Source: Octopus sinensis (Eukaryota). Taken from it: a DNA stretch of 64,000 bases. The translations under genes and the position numbers were made by a program. The notes under the pieces were generated by a model. It did no database searches. It saw nothing but the letters and a program-made list of their open reading frames with translations, and was not told where the DNA came from. Below, in pieces: positions 1 to 12,639 of this stretch. Location of the stretch: assembly GCF_006345805.1 (NCBI RefSeq), contig NC_042998.1, positions 190,960,001-191,024,000 on the forward strand, read 5' to 3'. Numbering within the stretch: the stretch's first letter is position 1; each line of letters starts with the position of its first letter.

Positions 1-825
1 TGAAACAGAAAAGCTCATTGTGATAGTAAAACAGATAAAAATATAAGCCAGTGCAAAAGGAATTCCAGTGCTTCGAATACATGGAAAAGTAAGGGATAGC
101 AAGTCAAATACCCTCCAAGGGCCAGAGATATTGATAAATATGACCCATCAATGGTTGGCTGCATCTGGACTTATATCAGAAACAGATGACTGCATTATAG
201 CAGCTCAAGCATTCTTAAAAGTGGTGCAGACCAAGCCTGCCGTTTTTGTCGCTTAGCCAGAAAAAAATTGACAACCTTGTCTCTGCATGCTCGGTGTTAG
301 CTTCAAAGTAATATATTAAGCACCATGATAGATTTGGTTAGCATTTGCACTATATTATATACTGTAAGTCTGGTTCCCCGTATGACATTTGCTGGTGGAA
401 ACATGAACCCGCCAAAGTACGAAAAACATCACCGTTCTTTGTTACTTTCCTATATAAACTGATCATGTTATACTTGCCAATACACCAGATATTGAGGTAA
501 AAAATCACGGGTTGGTGTCCAAGAGTGCTGTAATATCATGGAAATGAGAGACCACTGGTCTTTGTCAAAGAATCCCCTCTAGAAGAAGGGCATTTTGTAT
601 ATAAAACTACTTGCTGCTCTACTGAGCCGGATATCTTGTTCCCTGTTTGTGTCTGGGCATCTTGGTATTGCTAGTAAGTGTCGCTATGGTATTGTCCAAA
701 CCGAACTCGAATTAAAATCATTGCACGGGCATTGCTGATGCATAACATTTAACATCTTGTGTTCTTGATGTTTGAAGTCCAGTGGCGATGGTCATGCCTG
801 TCTAACGAGTAGGCAGCCATCACGC

Positions 826-826
<1 letters not shown>
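1..826 (+). mobile_element. Degenerate 3' end of an RLE-type non-LTR retrotransposon (R4/Dong-like)
   Basis: Across frameshifts and stops it reads THQWLAASGLISETDDCIIAAQ, then CRFC..IDNLVSACSVLA..YIKHHDRFG (CCHC knuckle region), then FPI*TDHVILANTPDIEV (decayed RPD motif of the restriction-like endonuclease). This is the domain order of RLE LINE C-termini. Clade assignment is inference. Confidence 0.75.
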
Positions 827-856
<30 letters not shown>

Positions 857-1083
857 TGTATGTATGTATGTATGTATGTATGTATGTATGTATGTATGTA
901 TGTATGTATTCATGTATGTATGCATGTATGTATGTATGTATCTATGTATGAATGTATGTATATATGTATGTATGTATGTATGCATGTATGTATGTACGTA
1001 TGTATCTATGTATGAATGTATGTATATATATATGTATTAATGTTTGTATGTATGTATGGCTGCACGAATGGCATGTATGTATG
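827..1083. repeat. (TATG)n microsatellite
   Basis: Directly visible; source of ORFs 749..985 and 828..1040. Confidence 0.98.
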
Positions 1084-1980
1084 AACACGCACATAACAAA
1101 ACAGGGGCACGTCTATAGACATTTAGAGTAATTTTTCACCAACAATGGCCAGGTATCCCTTGGCAACATTACATACTTCTAAACGCATATCTTCATAACT
1201 ATACACAGTGTGTCTTCTAATATTGATGCACATACAATGAGACAGCATTAACACAAGCTGTTTATATAATCTTTTTGTTTCTCACCTTGCAACAGCCAGG
1301 AATAAAAACGTAGCCAACACAATTTAGCTTCTTCTGACATGAAAAGAAATGACCTCTGAGATAATATAATACTAAACTCCATTATTTGTCAAACTATCAA
1401 CATTTTACTTCAGCGGCGTTGTGTTTATTTGTTTGTTGCTTGTTTAATTTTATGGATAAGTTTACTTAATGGTAAGCTTCTGAAAAATAATTCTTAACTT
1501 GCATGAAGTCTTGTTTCTTTGCAACATCTTAATCTTTATAGGAAAACATATTGCAATGGCATAAGTGGAACGTCTTGAAACGTGTTGTAAAATGAGTCGG
1601 TTGTGTCTCATACTATCACTGTATTGCATTCTGCTGTAGATAAAGAGAACCATTAAGCAAAGTTTATTGCTGAACAACGCAGACATTTCATAAACTTCTT
1701 AAATACATGTGTACAAGAGAGAGTCACATGAATTTAGATATAAGAAATATAACAAGAATCAACGCCATAATAAAATGTACGCTAGCATTATAATAAAGTC
1801 AGAAATTTACGTATTGACAGGTTCATATAAAATATTCCAATTTTCCATTGACGACTTTCTTGTCTGCATCTTAAATTTTGTGGGAAAAAATATCCGTGAC
1901 TGCATACGCAGCATACCCTGAAATAAGTTGTGCAGAATATGAGCCAAAGGTAAAATATGTACGGGGGCATTTGATTCGTC

Positions 1981-2149
1981 TTGGGCTAGCCTACTTCACC
2001 GTCTGGGGGCGTCGACACAACAATATATATATATATATATATATGTTATATCACACGTTCAGATGACCTCTACTCAACGTCTAGACTTCTCCATCTATAT
2101 CTACGTATTGGGCTAGCTTACTTCACTGTCTGGGGGAGTCCACACAACA
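1981..2149. repeat. 42-bp direct repeat pair (1981-2022, 2108-2149) around a (TA)n-containing spacer
   Basis: ttgggctagcctacttcaccgtctgggggcgtcgacacaaca vs ttgggctagcttacttcactgtctgggggagtccacacaaca, 38/42 identical. Confidence 0.9.
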
Positions 2150-2518
2150 GTGTCACAGTATACTTATAGTCACAGTTCAATGATTGGAAGTTGATATTGG
2201 GGTTATATCGTTGTAATATTTAGAGCTTTTAAAATAGTTTTACTGCTAAGAGCAGTTTCTATTTATAAAAATATATGTCGTTTGTAAATTTTATGCATAT
2301 ATGTATATATTTATGGACATCTTTTCAGAATCATCTATGCATGTATATATATATATAAATAAACGTGTATGTATGTATGTATAAAAAATACAAACTGGGA
2401 CAAGAACGCAAAACATTTTGATGACGACACAAAATACACGGACGGGACATTCGAAGCCTTCAATCTTCAGTCAAGACTGGATCTTCCTCGCAATTTCGGC
2501 TGATTAATCTTGAGATTG

Positions 2519-2555
<37 letters not shown>

Positions 2556-2879
2556 TCATATCAGATTTAAGTATGTTTAACTCTTCTAGGTTAAAGAAGA
2601 GTCTCAAGTAGGACTGAGTGTTATTGATACTGATATCTAAGGGATATGATCAGTAGGATATAGAGTTGTATTTACATCTGACATTCTGATAAATGCAAAT
2701 AAAATGATGTCGGTATAGAAGCAGGACATACTTTGCTGATTCCTCGTATCATCCTGTAACCATCCGATACAAATTTACTCTTAGTCATCATTTCCCTATC
2801 AGACTTACATTTGTCATGTCAAAAAACTAAAGGCAACGGTATAGGTCTGCAAAGTATGGCCTTTATCTCTCTATTGCAG

Positions 2880-2999
2880 TAGTTACGTATGGGGAGCTGT
2901 ACACATGATTCTGCCAGAAGTGTTGCTGATGCTTTTAAACTAAAGATATTTACAAATAAAAGTCATTTTACTACATCAAATGGACATGCCGGTGTCCTG
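2880..2999 (+). CDS. Candidate exon (MGSCTHDSARSVADAFKLKIFTNKSHFTTSNGHAGVL if ATG 2889 is used); unidentified
   Basis: Acceptor ctttatctctctattgcag and donor CTG|gtgagg bound 120 nt. No recognisable homology and no in-phase partner exon found. Confidence 0.2.
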
Positions 3000-3256
3000 G
3001 TGAGGCAAATAACATAAAACAAAAACTGCTATCTAAACAAAGATGGATGGGATTTTAAAAATCACGTACGTGATGCTGTATATAAAAATATAAAATATCT
3101 AAAAAGTAGCTCGTATTTTTGCTTCAATTTTTATATTTCTTATTTACATCATTTTCTTTTTGCTTATTTCTTCCTTGCATATATTGGTATATTTCCATGT
3201 GAAAGGATATTCATTCCGTATTCTTAAAAGAACAGGTCATGCATTGGTATATATAT

Positions 3257-3306
<50 letters not shown>

Positions 3307-3383
3307 CGCCATGATAGATCGTTAACCACTACACACATTTTTTTCTCTCCTTGTTTCTCTCCTTGTTTTTTTTTTCTGTGTCC

Positions 3384-3419
3384 CTTTCTGTAGAAGAGCG
3401 TAGGCTCGAAACGTAAAAG
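3384..3419 (+). ncRNA. Minimal type I hammerhead-like motif with A6U substitution, in a short repeat (about 3303-3445)
   Basis: cttt CTGTAGA A GAGC gtag GCTC GAA ACGT A aaag. Stem I cttt/aaag, 4-bp stem II, palindromic ACGT stem III, GUA site. Only A6 departs from the core, plus one extra A after A9. Confidence 0.7.
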
Positions 3420-4313
3420 ACCTTTTCTATTCCCGAGCGTTATACAGGCGTATGAAGCTATGTTGTATTATGCATTCTGCTCTTTTACGGATTTCACTGA
3501 ATGGAGAGTGGTTATTGGGGGACACTAACCATTCTGCCAATTCTCTACCTTATTAAATCAACAGGGAGTAAATAAGAAAATTCTGGTATCCGTTGCTGTA
3601 CAGGCCGAGTGCAATTACTACAGGAGCACAAAATTGTAAAAATTATTTTATAACCAGAAAAATGCAATTGCATTTTACTGTTTTAAAATGAATTTTATTG
3701 AATAATCAATAAAAAATACAAAAATTGGAGTGCCTAATCGAATTCTAAATTTTATCTATCTATCAACTGATCCATCTAAAGAGTTTACACTTGTAATTTG
3801 TAAGTGAATATTTCAGGTATAAAACTCCTTCACGAAGATAAATTGCTGGGTGGTGGCGGCTCCTGTCAGAATCATAGTTTGCCAGCTGCATATTTCCAGC
3901 AAGGATTTCACGCTCGCACTTCTACTAGTAAAAGAAAATTAGATAAATGATATAATCATGACACACACTCGTTAATAAAACTGTTAAACTTGAATATTAT
4001 GAACGCTCTCCTTATCAGCCTAATCTCATCTAAAAACTATAAACTATAAACTGCATGGACATGATTGCCAATCGTAGTAATATCATACTGCGCATGTCAC
4101 AACTCCAACTTCACCCAACATATCTGCGCACTACGTAGCAGCCCATCACCATCATTCGTGTCCTCAGAGGTTTTAAATTTCAGATATTGGAATACATAGT
4201 AACAATTGTAACCTGTTAATTTGACTTACTTTCTTTTTGTTTGCACACGCTCATTTTCCTATTTGCATTATTCACATAATTTGAACTAACATAATTTGAA
4301 TTAACCACAGTAC

Positions 4314-4366
<53 letters not shown>

Positions 4367-4522
4367 TGTATGTTCATATATGTATGTTCGTGTGTATGTG
4401 AAAGTATGTATATGTATGTATGCATGTATCTATTCATGTATGCATGTGTGTTTGTGTGAGTGTATATATATATATATATATATACATATATATAAACAGT
4501 TGAAACGCTCCTGTCGTAACCT

Positions 4523-4566
4523 GGGACCTTGAAGACTGCTTAAATGCAAGAAAGTATACTAGTCCC
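4523..4566 (+). ncRNA. Hammerhead-like motif, slightly degenerate
   Basis: gggac C(T)TGAAGA ctgc ttaaat gcaa GAA AGTATACT A gtccc. 5-bp stem I and 8-nt palindromic stem III. One extra U in the core and a mismatch at the base of stem II. Confidence 0.6.
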
Positions 4567-4945
4567 TTAATATTTTATATTCAACATTTCATCTTTTCAA
4601 TAAGACAATCAACACTTCATTTCATTTTACTTTATATACTATATATACTATATATTCTATATTCTACATTAATATTATAAAGAATATAAATAAAACATAA
4701 AAAACAGACAGTGTTGGAATTCCTTTGAATAATATATATATATATATATATATGATTGTGTGTGTGTGTGGAATAATGTATACGCATACATATATACATA
4801 TCTAACATATACATATGTTTATGTATATAAATATTTAATTATTATATGGCTATTTATGCTTTGTGTGTATGCATATACGTATATATATATATATATATAC
4901 ATGAGCGTATATATCTGTATGCCTGTATGTGCATTTGTGAGTGTG

Positions 4946-5010
<65 letters not shown>

Positions 5011-5277
5011 TGTTCGTGTGTGCATATTGTAATGTATTGCCTTTGCTGTATACTGTAAAATGATTTTTGAGATTTAGTCTGTTTCGCAGCGAGAGACCTT
5101 TTTCTCTACGATTTTATGATATTTACTCTGTACACTTATCAAGCTGTTATCCACTAGATCAAACCTGTTGCATTTCCATTTCTTCCCGCCCTCAAAATGT
5201 CGACTCTTTACATTACACCTCCAGCATCACTTCAATCAATTTACTGGTTGCACTTTTCCCGGCACGCTCTTGCGTGT

Positions 5278-5354
<77 letters not shown>

Positions 5355-6030
5355 TGCCGAATAGGGAGAATTGTTGAAGCGTAGGAAAAATCTTATGGCA
5401 TTTCTTAAGGTTCTCTGCACTTTGTATTCGAATCTAGAATATATTAATATCGCTCTTCATCCTTTTTGAGGTCATTAGAAAAAAAATGTACAGCTCCAAT
5501 GCACCAGACTGGGGGAATTGGTAGAGCATCGGATCAGCTACTTTGTGATACTTGTTTCGGCTCTTTGTGTTCCTAGTTCGATCAGCTTCACACCACAATC
5601 AAGCCCAAGAGTAATCTTAGTGGTGTTCAGTCTGATATAAATGTTAGTGAGCAGATATTTGTTTGAGGATAACTTGCTCTCTTTTTCCCCTTAGCATCAC
5701 AGGCTGAACTGCCATTTCCCCACTAATCTACCGTTAAAAATATGAACACATCACACACACAGAATACACTTAGACAGACACATACACACACTCATGCATC
5801 TAGATTCTTTATTTTGGTTTGGTGTAATTTACACGATACATATATAAATATTGTTTTGCTTTGTATGGTTTCATGCAATATGTAGGGAAATGAAAATAAG
5901 AGATTTTACTTTAGACGCCACAAATATATATCATATATTACATATGACTGATGAACAGATGAATGTGGTACAAAACTTATGTTATTTCGGAAACCAACCA
6001 AATCTCATTGTTTAATCATATTTTGAGGTA

Positions 6031-6434
6031 TACTCTACTCTTTTACTCTTTTACTTGTTTCAGTCATTTGACTGCGGTTATGCAGGAGCACCGCCTTTAG
6101 TCGACCAAATCGACCCCAGGACTTATTCTTTGTAAGCCTAGTACTTATTCTATCGGTCTCTTTTACCGAACCGCTAAGTTACAGGGACGTAAAAACACCA
6201 GCATCGGTTTTCAAGTGATGTTGGGGGGACAAACACAGACACACAAACACACACACATATACATATATACGACGGGCTTCTTTTAGTTTCCGTCTACCAA
6301 ATCTCCTCACAAGGCTTTGGTCGGCCCGAGGCTATAGTAGAAGACACTTGCATAAGGTGCCATGTAGTGAGACTGGACCCGGAACCATGTGGTTGGTAAA
6401 CAAGCTACTTACCACACAGCCACTCCTGCGTCTG
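6031..6434 (-). mobile_element. Full-length tRNA-headed SINE, family A
   Basis: Minus-strand head (g)acgcaggagtggctgtgtggtaag...ggttccgggtccagtc, internal (GT/AT)n tract, short-repeat aaagagta tail. High similarity to copies at 26142, 43869, 57952 and 62540. Confidence 0.92.
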
Positions 6435-6998
6435 TAAATAGGTATTTATATATAGTTTTAGTTACTTATTTTTACCGTATTTTCCTGCTTCTCTTGAACA
6501 ATAGAAAACGTGAAATTCCTGTTAACGTTTTTAAGAAACTTCAAATTCTAACAAAATTTTTATGTTCTAGTATTTTCTCTTGATGGCTAAAAGCGTTCAG
6601 CAACACACACACTCTGAGACACACACATCCACATACGCTCAAACACACTGACTGACACTCGCAAACTGGAAACAATGATACAATATCTTCAGTTTAAAAA
6701 AAAGATGTAATCTAAGGTATGGTATTTATGACATTTGCTTATAGAATTGTCCCAATACGCAATTGTTCTTACATATGAGAAGCATACAAACATATATACT
6801 TGCATATACAGATACGAGCGTACACAAAGACACACACACACACATACACACAAACACACACACACATACGCACACATACACACACACATCGCGCGCGTTA
6901 TATACGAATATCTGTGAGGAAATAAGTGTATGAATATGTGCGTACGAATTTATGTATGTATATATGTATGTATTTATATATATGTATATATATGTATG

Positions 6999-7032
<34 letters not shown>

Positions 7033-7117
7033 TGTATGTATGTATGTATGTATGTATGTATGCATCTATCTATCTATCTATCTATATATATATTCATATA
7101 CAATATATACATGCATA

Positions 7118-7192
<75 letters not shown>

Positions 7193-7210
7193 GCATATGG
7201 GCCTATGCTG

Positions 7211-7242
<32 letters not shown>

Positions 7243-7885
7243 ATGTGCGTGTGTTTATATGCATATACAAAAAAATGCGCATGATATATCCACAAAGCCA
7301 ATATGGACAAAAAGATCAGCATGACGGTAGACTTAATGTGTTTCCTGCTTCCATGAGTCTACTTTATTCTTCAGAGAAAATCCAAGGTTATGGAATTACT
7401 GATGCAAACACATTCAATCAGGTGGCCTTAGAAATCATTTCTTTTCATATAATAAGTAGAACCTTTGCTACTCCTATCTTTACCAGATTTCAGTCTCTAT
7501 ATTATTTTCTTAATTCTAAAGCATTTAAGAATCATTACTTCTCCAATGCTATATGAAAGACGTGCATAAGCACTTACGCACACATAAAATATACAAATGC
7601 ACATGTGCACTCGGTAAAAAGGAATTTTTTTTTTCGGCGTGTGGTGGGAAGTATCTGTGGTGCTTTTCTCGATCTTTCCTTATCATATTTATCTAGCACC
7701 CACACCAAACTCACACTTACACACATAAATATAAATACATACACACACACGCAATCATAGGCTTATCTTTTTTATATATTTATCCATGTCATCAGTGAAG
7801 TATATCTATCTATCCATCTGTATGCATGCTTACATATGTATATATTGGTAATCTCTATCCATATTCATATGTATGTGTGTGTGTT

Positions 7886-7916
<31 letters not shown>

Positions 7917-8463
7917 GTATGTGTGTGCGTGTATGTGTGTGTGTGTGTGTATGTGTGTGCGTGTATGTGTGTGTGTGTGTTATGTGTGGGTCTACGTGTA
8001 TATGAGATCAATCGATAATCAATGAGTCATCTGCCCTATAGAAGTTATCCCTGAAAAGCAGGTCGATATACGTAGATTATCTGACAGCTATATAAATCGA
8101 GGCCATGAGAATATATTGCTCTTGCTAGAAAAAACTCAACATTATCAGTGGATTATATCGTTTCATCAATGGATTGGATGCCGAATACTATAACCACGAG
8201 ACTATTTTGCTTCTACGCTCTCTCAAAATTAGCAGTTCACTTATACATACACATATATATTAACCATTTGAGCCCATAACACCGGTTTACTGGTAGACAG
8301 CTTAGTTTTCTCTATACCATAGCACCGATGGAGTAACAGGTATATGGTAAAATAAGTTTCAGGAGGTCAGGGCTCAAAGGGTTAATGATAAAAAAAAACA
8401 AATATATGGAAACACAAGAATAAATTTATTCTTATTATGTCGAAGTAGAATAACGTAGGAATA

Positions 8464-8500
8464 CTTTTGATGTTTCGGACATTCGTACTTCATCAGAAAG
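8464..8500 (-). ncRNA. Hammerhead relic
   Basis: Minus: cttt CTGATGA A gtac gaat gtcc GAA ACAT C aaaag. Perfect CUGAUGA and GAAA. Stem II has one mismatch; ACGT is changed to ACAT. Confidence 0.55.
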
Positions 8501-9684
8501 AAACAATATATTGAAAGGAGAGAAAAATAAACAGAACGCAAAAGCGGGAAGGAGAAAAGAAACGAACATAAAATACGAGCTGAATGGATTCAGATACATA
8601 TATTTACACACACACACACACACACACACACCACACACACAACAGACACAGACACGACACACACACACACACACATACACTCACACACACAACACAACAC
8701 GCACGCACGCACGCACACATGCACGCAAGCAGGCACGCTCGCACAGGCTCAAACACACACATACACACTTATTTAAAATAGCTAAATGAATGTAATAATT
8801 AAAATTAATTCAATTTATATACGAGTTTTACATATTTATATATGATTTCCACAAATATTTTCGAGGTCAGAAAATACAATCTGGAATCTCAAATGCATCG
8901 TATTCCGAGCACATGTTACCGATTACAGTAAATACCACTTATCGTCTTCAAAAAAGGCGTTATATGTTTTACAAGGTTTACAAGGAAGACTTATTCCCTT
9001 ATTCTGAATGACAAGTTGTTCATCATAACTTATTTACGACTTCATCCTACAGTACAATAACACTTCCATATCTGCTTACACACATATAATCCAGACTAGA
9101 GTTCCGCACACAATTGCGCTCCGGAGTCGATACCATTTGCATATCAATTATGATACTGCTACCAGAAAGGCCGTTTAGATTTGTTAACAAGAGAAATGGG
9201 CCAACGAGGAAGTTCCATCTGGTTGTTTGACCTTCTAGAATTAGATGTCTTAAAAGAAAAAGACATTAATATTGTTGTCGAATTTGCACTGTTCCTATAA
9301 ACAAGTGATAGTCAGGATTAGAACACCCATGATCATAACGCCGTCCAATCAGAGCTTACTTGCGGCTAAACGACGATTAAAATGAAGAATATTGAAATGC
9401 GCCATAAAATGGAGTTTTTCGTGGTCTATCATTCTATAAGAAATAGAAGCCAAATCTCCTTCAAAATCACAATATGTTGTCTTAAATGATAAATAGAAGC
9501 GTAGTCGTTGATATGTAGAACTATGAGATGATCACAATTAGAATGTCTTTGTCCATAGGTATGACTGATCATAGCTGACTTGTTATTAAAATAAGAACAA
9601 GAAGACGCATATCATCATCAACAATATCGAGAAAAAAAAAACAATAAATAGAAAGAATATGATATATCAATACAATATTGTATC

Positions 9685-10015
9685 TTGCCGAGACATCCTT
9701 CGGTCATGACTGACCATGGGATTGCACCTAGAAAGTTACCCTCCCAGGCACAAGTCCGGGCAAGGTTGTTTATGGAAGACCAGCAGTCGCCCATGCATAC
9801 CAGCCTCCCCTCTCCACGCCATCAGTGTTATCCAAGGGAAAGGCAAAAGCCTGTACAGCTTGGCACCTGTGATATCGCTACTCATTTCTACAGCTGAGTG
9901 AACTAGAGCAACGTGAAATAAAGTGTCTTGCTCAAGAACAAAACACGCAGCCCAGTCCAGGATTCGAGCTTACAACTGCACGATCGTAAGCTCGACGCTC
10001 TAACCATTGAGCCTT
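9685..10015 (-). mobile_element. tRNA-headed SINE, family C (CORE-like central segment)
   Basis: Minus head gctcaatggttagagcgtcgagcttacgatcg...gctcgaatcc, followed by ttcttgagcaagacacttt...ctcagctgtagaaatgag resembling the CORE domain. A tail fragment recurs at 40931. Confidence 0.85.
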
Positions 10016-11921
10016 CACTAATATTGTATCAGAAACTCTGAATTTTGAGACTTTCACATACTAAGGTTAAACCCTAGGTCAAACGTATTTAAACAAAACT
10101 TTGATCAAAAGTTAAAAAAACAACTGTCCTATCTTTTATAAAGACAGTGTGTCTAGAGGCATACTACCTATTGTCTAATTCTTTTTAAAGACTGTAGTGT
10201 GTCTGAAGTGTGAGAGATTTGGTTGCTTTTCCTTCAAAGTTTGATGACCATGACGTCCGTTCTTATACAGTATTGTTTCTTAACTCCAGATGAACTAAGA
10301 ATGAAAGGTACACTAAATGTGGCCATCCTACCTTTGTCTACAACATAGTGTATGCTGGCCAGCAATTATTGATATAGGTTCTGAGAGAATTGTTTTTCCA
10401 TCAGTAAACTCTACCTTCGGATGAGAACTACTTAATAATTTTTCTCAGTGCTTTGCTAGAGATGTATATTTTCTCAATGTTGGTTTTAGGCAGGTTTGTT
10501 TAGAATAAATAATCACATACTGAAAAAGTCATTTTAACCTCATCCAAACGAACAAAAGCTTTTGAATTAACATTTAGTTATTTCATGAGGTGTTAAACTT
10601 TTCCACGCGAAGCTGAGATGTAATCATCGACATAGTTTCTTTAGAAGCAGTGAATTATGATACTAACAAGGTCACAGTGGTTTGACGGAAATTTAAGCAC
10701 CTCACGTTATAAACGTTAAGTGAATTTAATAGTTTCTGTTTGTTTATTTATGGCCCAAAATGGCTGTAATTGGTTTACTGTAAACACACAGTCTTATATC
10801 AATACACTCTTTCACTTGCAAGGCACTAAATTATATAGTAAACGAGAATTTTTCTTTAAGATCAAGACGATAGAAAATATTCTGAGGGAAATTCGACTGC
10901 TATAATTAGTAGGTCGTAAGATCACGTAGAGCATCATATTCTGAGTGCATAACTTTTCTTGGTATTATTTACCTTATCAGCATTACAAGTGTCATTGCTA
11001 TTTACAATGGTGGCCATTGTTGTCTGTTTGGATGCTGTGATGTGTGCAGAAGTGTTAAGTCTTATCTGTTATTCATCCGCGTCTCAGTTCTATCTGTCAC
11101 CAATTCACTCTTTCATTGATTCCTGGTTAATTACTAATGTATATCACGTCGTTGCAGCTCCACATACACACACTGCACACACACACACAACACAGACAGA
11201 GACACACAGATACATACACATACATGCTTACACACATATATGCCACATATATATATTGATATATGTATTTATATATATATATATACACATACATATATTG
11301 ATATATATATATATATATTGATATTCACATAGTCAGCACATAGACAGACATGTGGTACACATATCATATATATATGCATACACATACACATATAAATTTA
11401 TGTGTATATACATACATGTATGTAGATGTGCGTGCATATATACTGAGTGCACATATGTCCACGAGTTGAAACTAAATAAACATACAGGAACACACAGAAA
11501 AAAGTGTCATAATAGATACTAGTCAACGTTAGACAACAGAAGTCACTTCTAAAGCCACTAGACCGAATTATAAGCTGGTGATTTTGAGAACTCAATGCTA
11601 TGCTGTCTTCATAATAACTGTATATGAAATACACCTAAAAAAATACTGCTGTCAATTTCGATAAATTGCTGTAGTGAAACTTTCAACAAAATGCATATAG
11701 CTTCAACAATATTCATCATTTATTCCACACACACACACACACACATGTTCGCATATAGAATCACACATACACACTCGCTGAAGAAAATGGCATCTATCTC
11801 TAAACACATTAACATCTTTGCATCGTAGATGCAACACTAAAACTTTCTGTGTGTCCCTCTGTTCTGCCAGAAAATGTTTCCGATCACAAAGAATACATAC
11901 ATACATATATATATATATATG

Positions 11922-12030
<109 letters not shown>

Positions 12031-12092
12031 GTACATATATATAATATACATATATATATACACACATATATACATACATACACATTTATATC

Positions 12093-12135
<43 letters not shown>

Positions 12136-12223
12136 TGATTTAAGTATGTTTCGAACAAAGACTGGTTCTCCCACCCCATATCTAACTTAATAGGGTCACC
12201 TGATAGATTATTTGACCACGATG

Positions 12224-12254
<31 letters not shown>

Positions 12255-12639
12255 CACACATACATATTTATATCGCCTATAGATCTCGTTGAAGAAAGAA
12301 CTTAATGTACTATAGATGCAGCGCTGGTAATTACCGACCTAACTAGGTGAAGCCCTACAACTGTACAAATGTTTCAATATATAGTTGTATATAACTACAG
12401 GCTTTGCTGATATATAATAAGCGTAGAAGAATACAAATGATAGACAATCTTGGCGGTATGTGTACGAACGTTAAGCTAACCCTAGAGTAGGCGTTATTTA
12501 ACTTTATTTAAATCTCATCTATTACAATACTACTTGGTAGTTTAACTTTAGTCAAACTCACGAACGTACTTCTCTCTCTGTTTTTTTCTCTCTCTTTCTG
12601 TGTGTTTCTCTCTCTCTCTTAACCTCTCACTACGTGATT

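Noticed and set aside
3817-3927. Possible exon on either strand
   Set aside because: It has a plus acceptor with a weak donor and a strong minus acceptor with no donor. It is out of phase with 2880-2999 and no peptide was recognised.
5948-6000. CTGATGA followed by a distant GAAA
   Set aside because: No stem II, stem III or stem I pairing.
10959-11160. Hydrophobic or Cys-rich frames (signal-peptide-like; GGHCCLFGCCDVC)
   Set aside because: No consistent acceptor/donor pair or start codon; could be chance.
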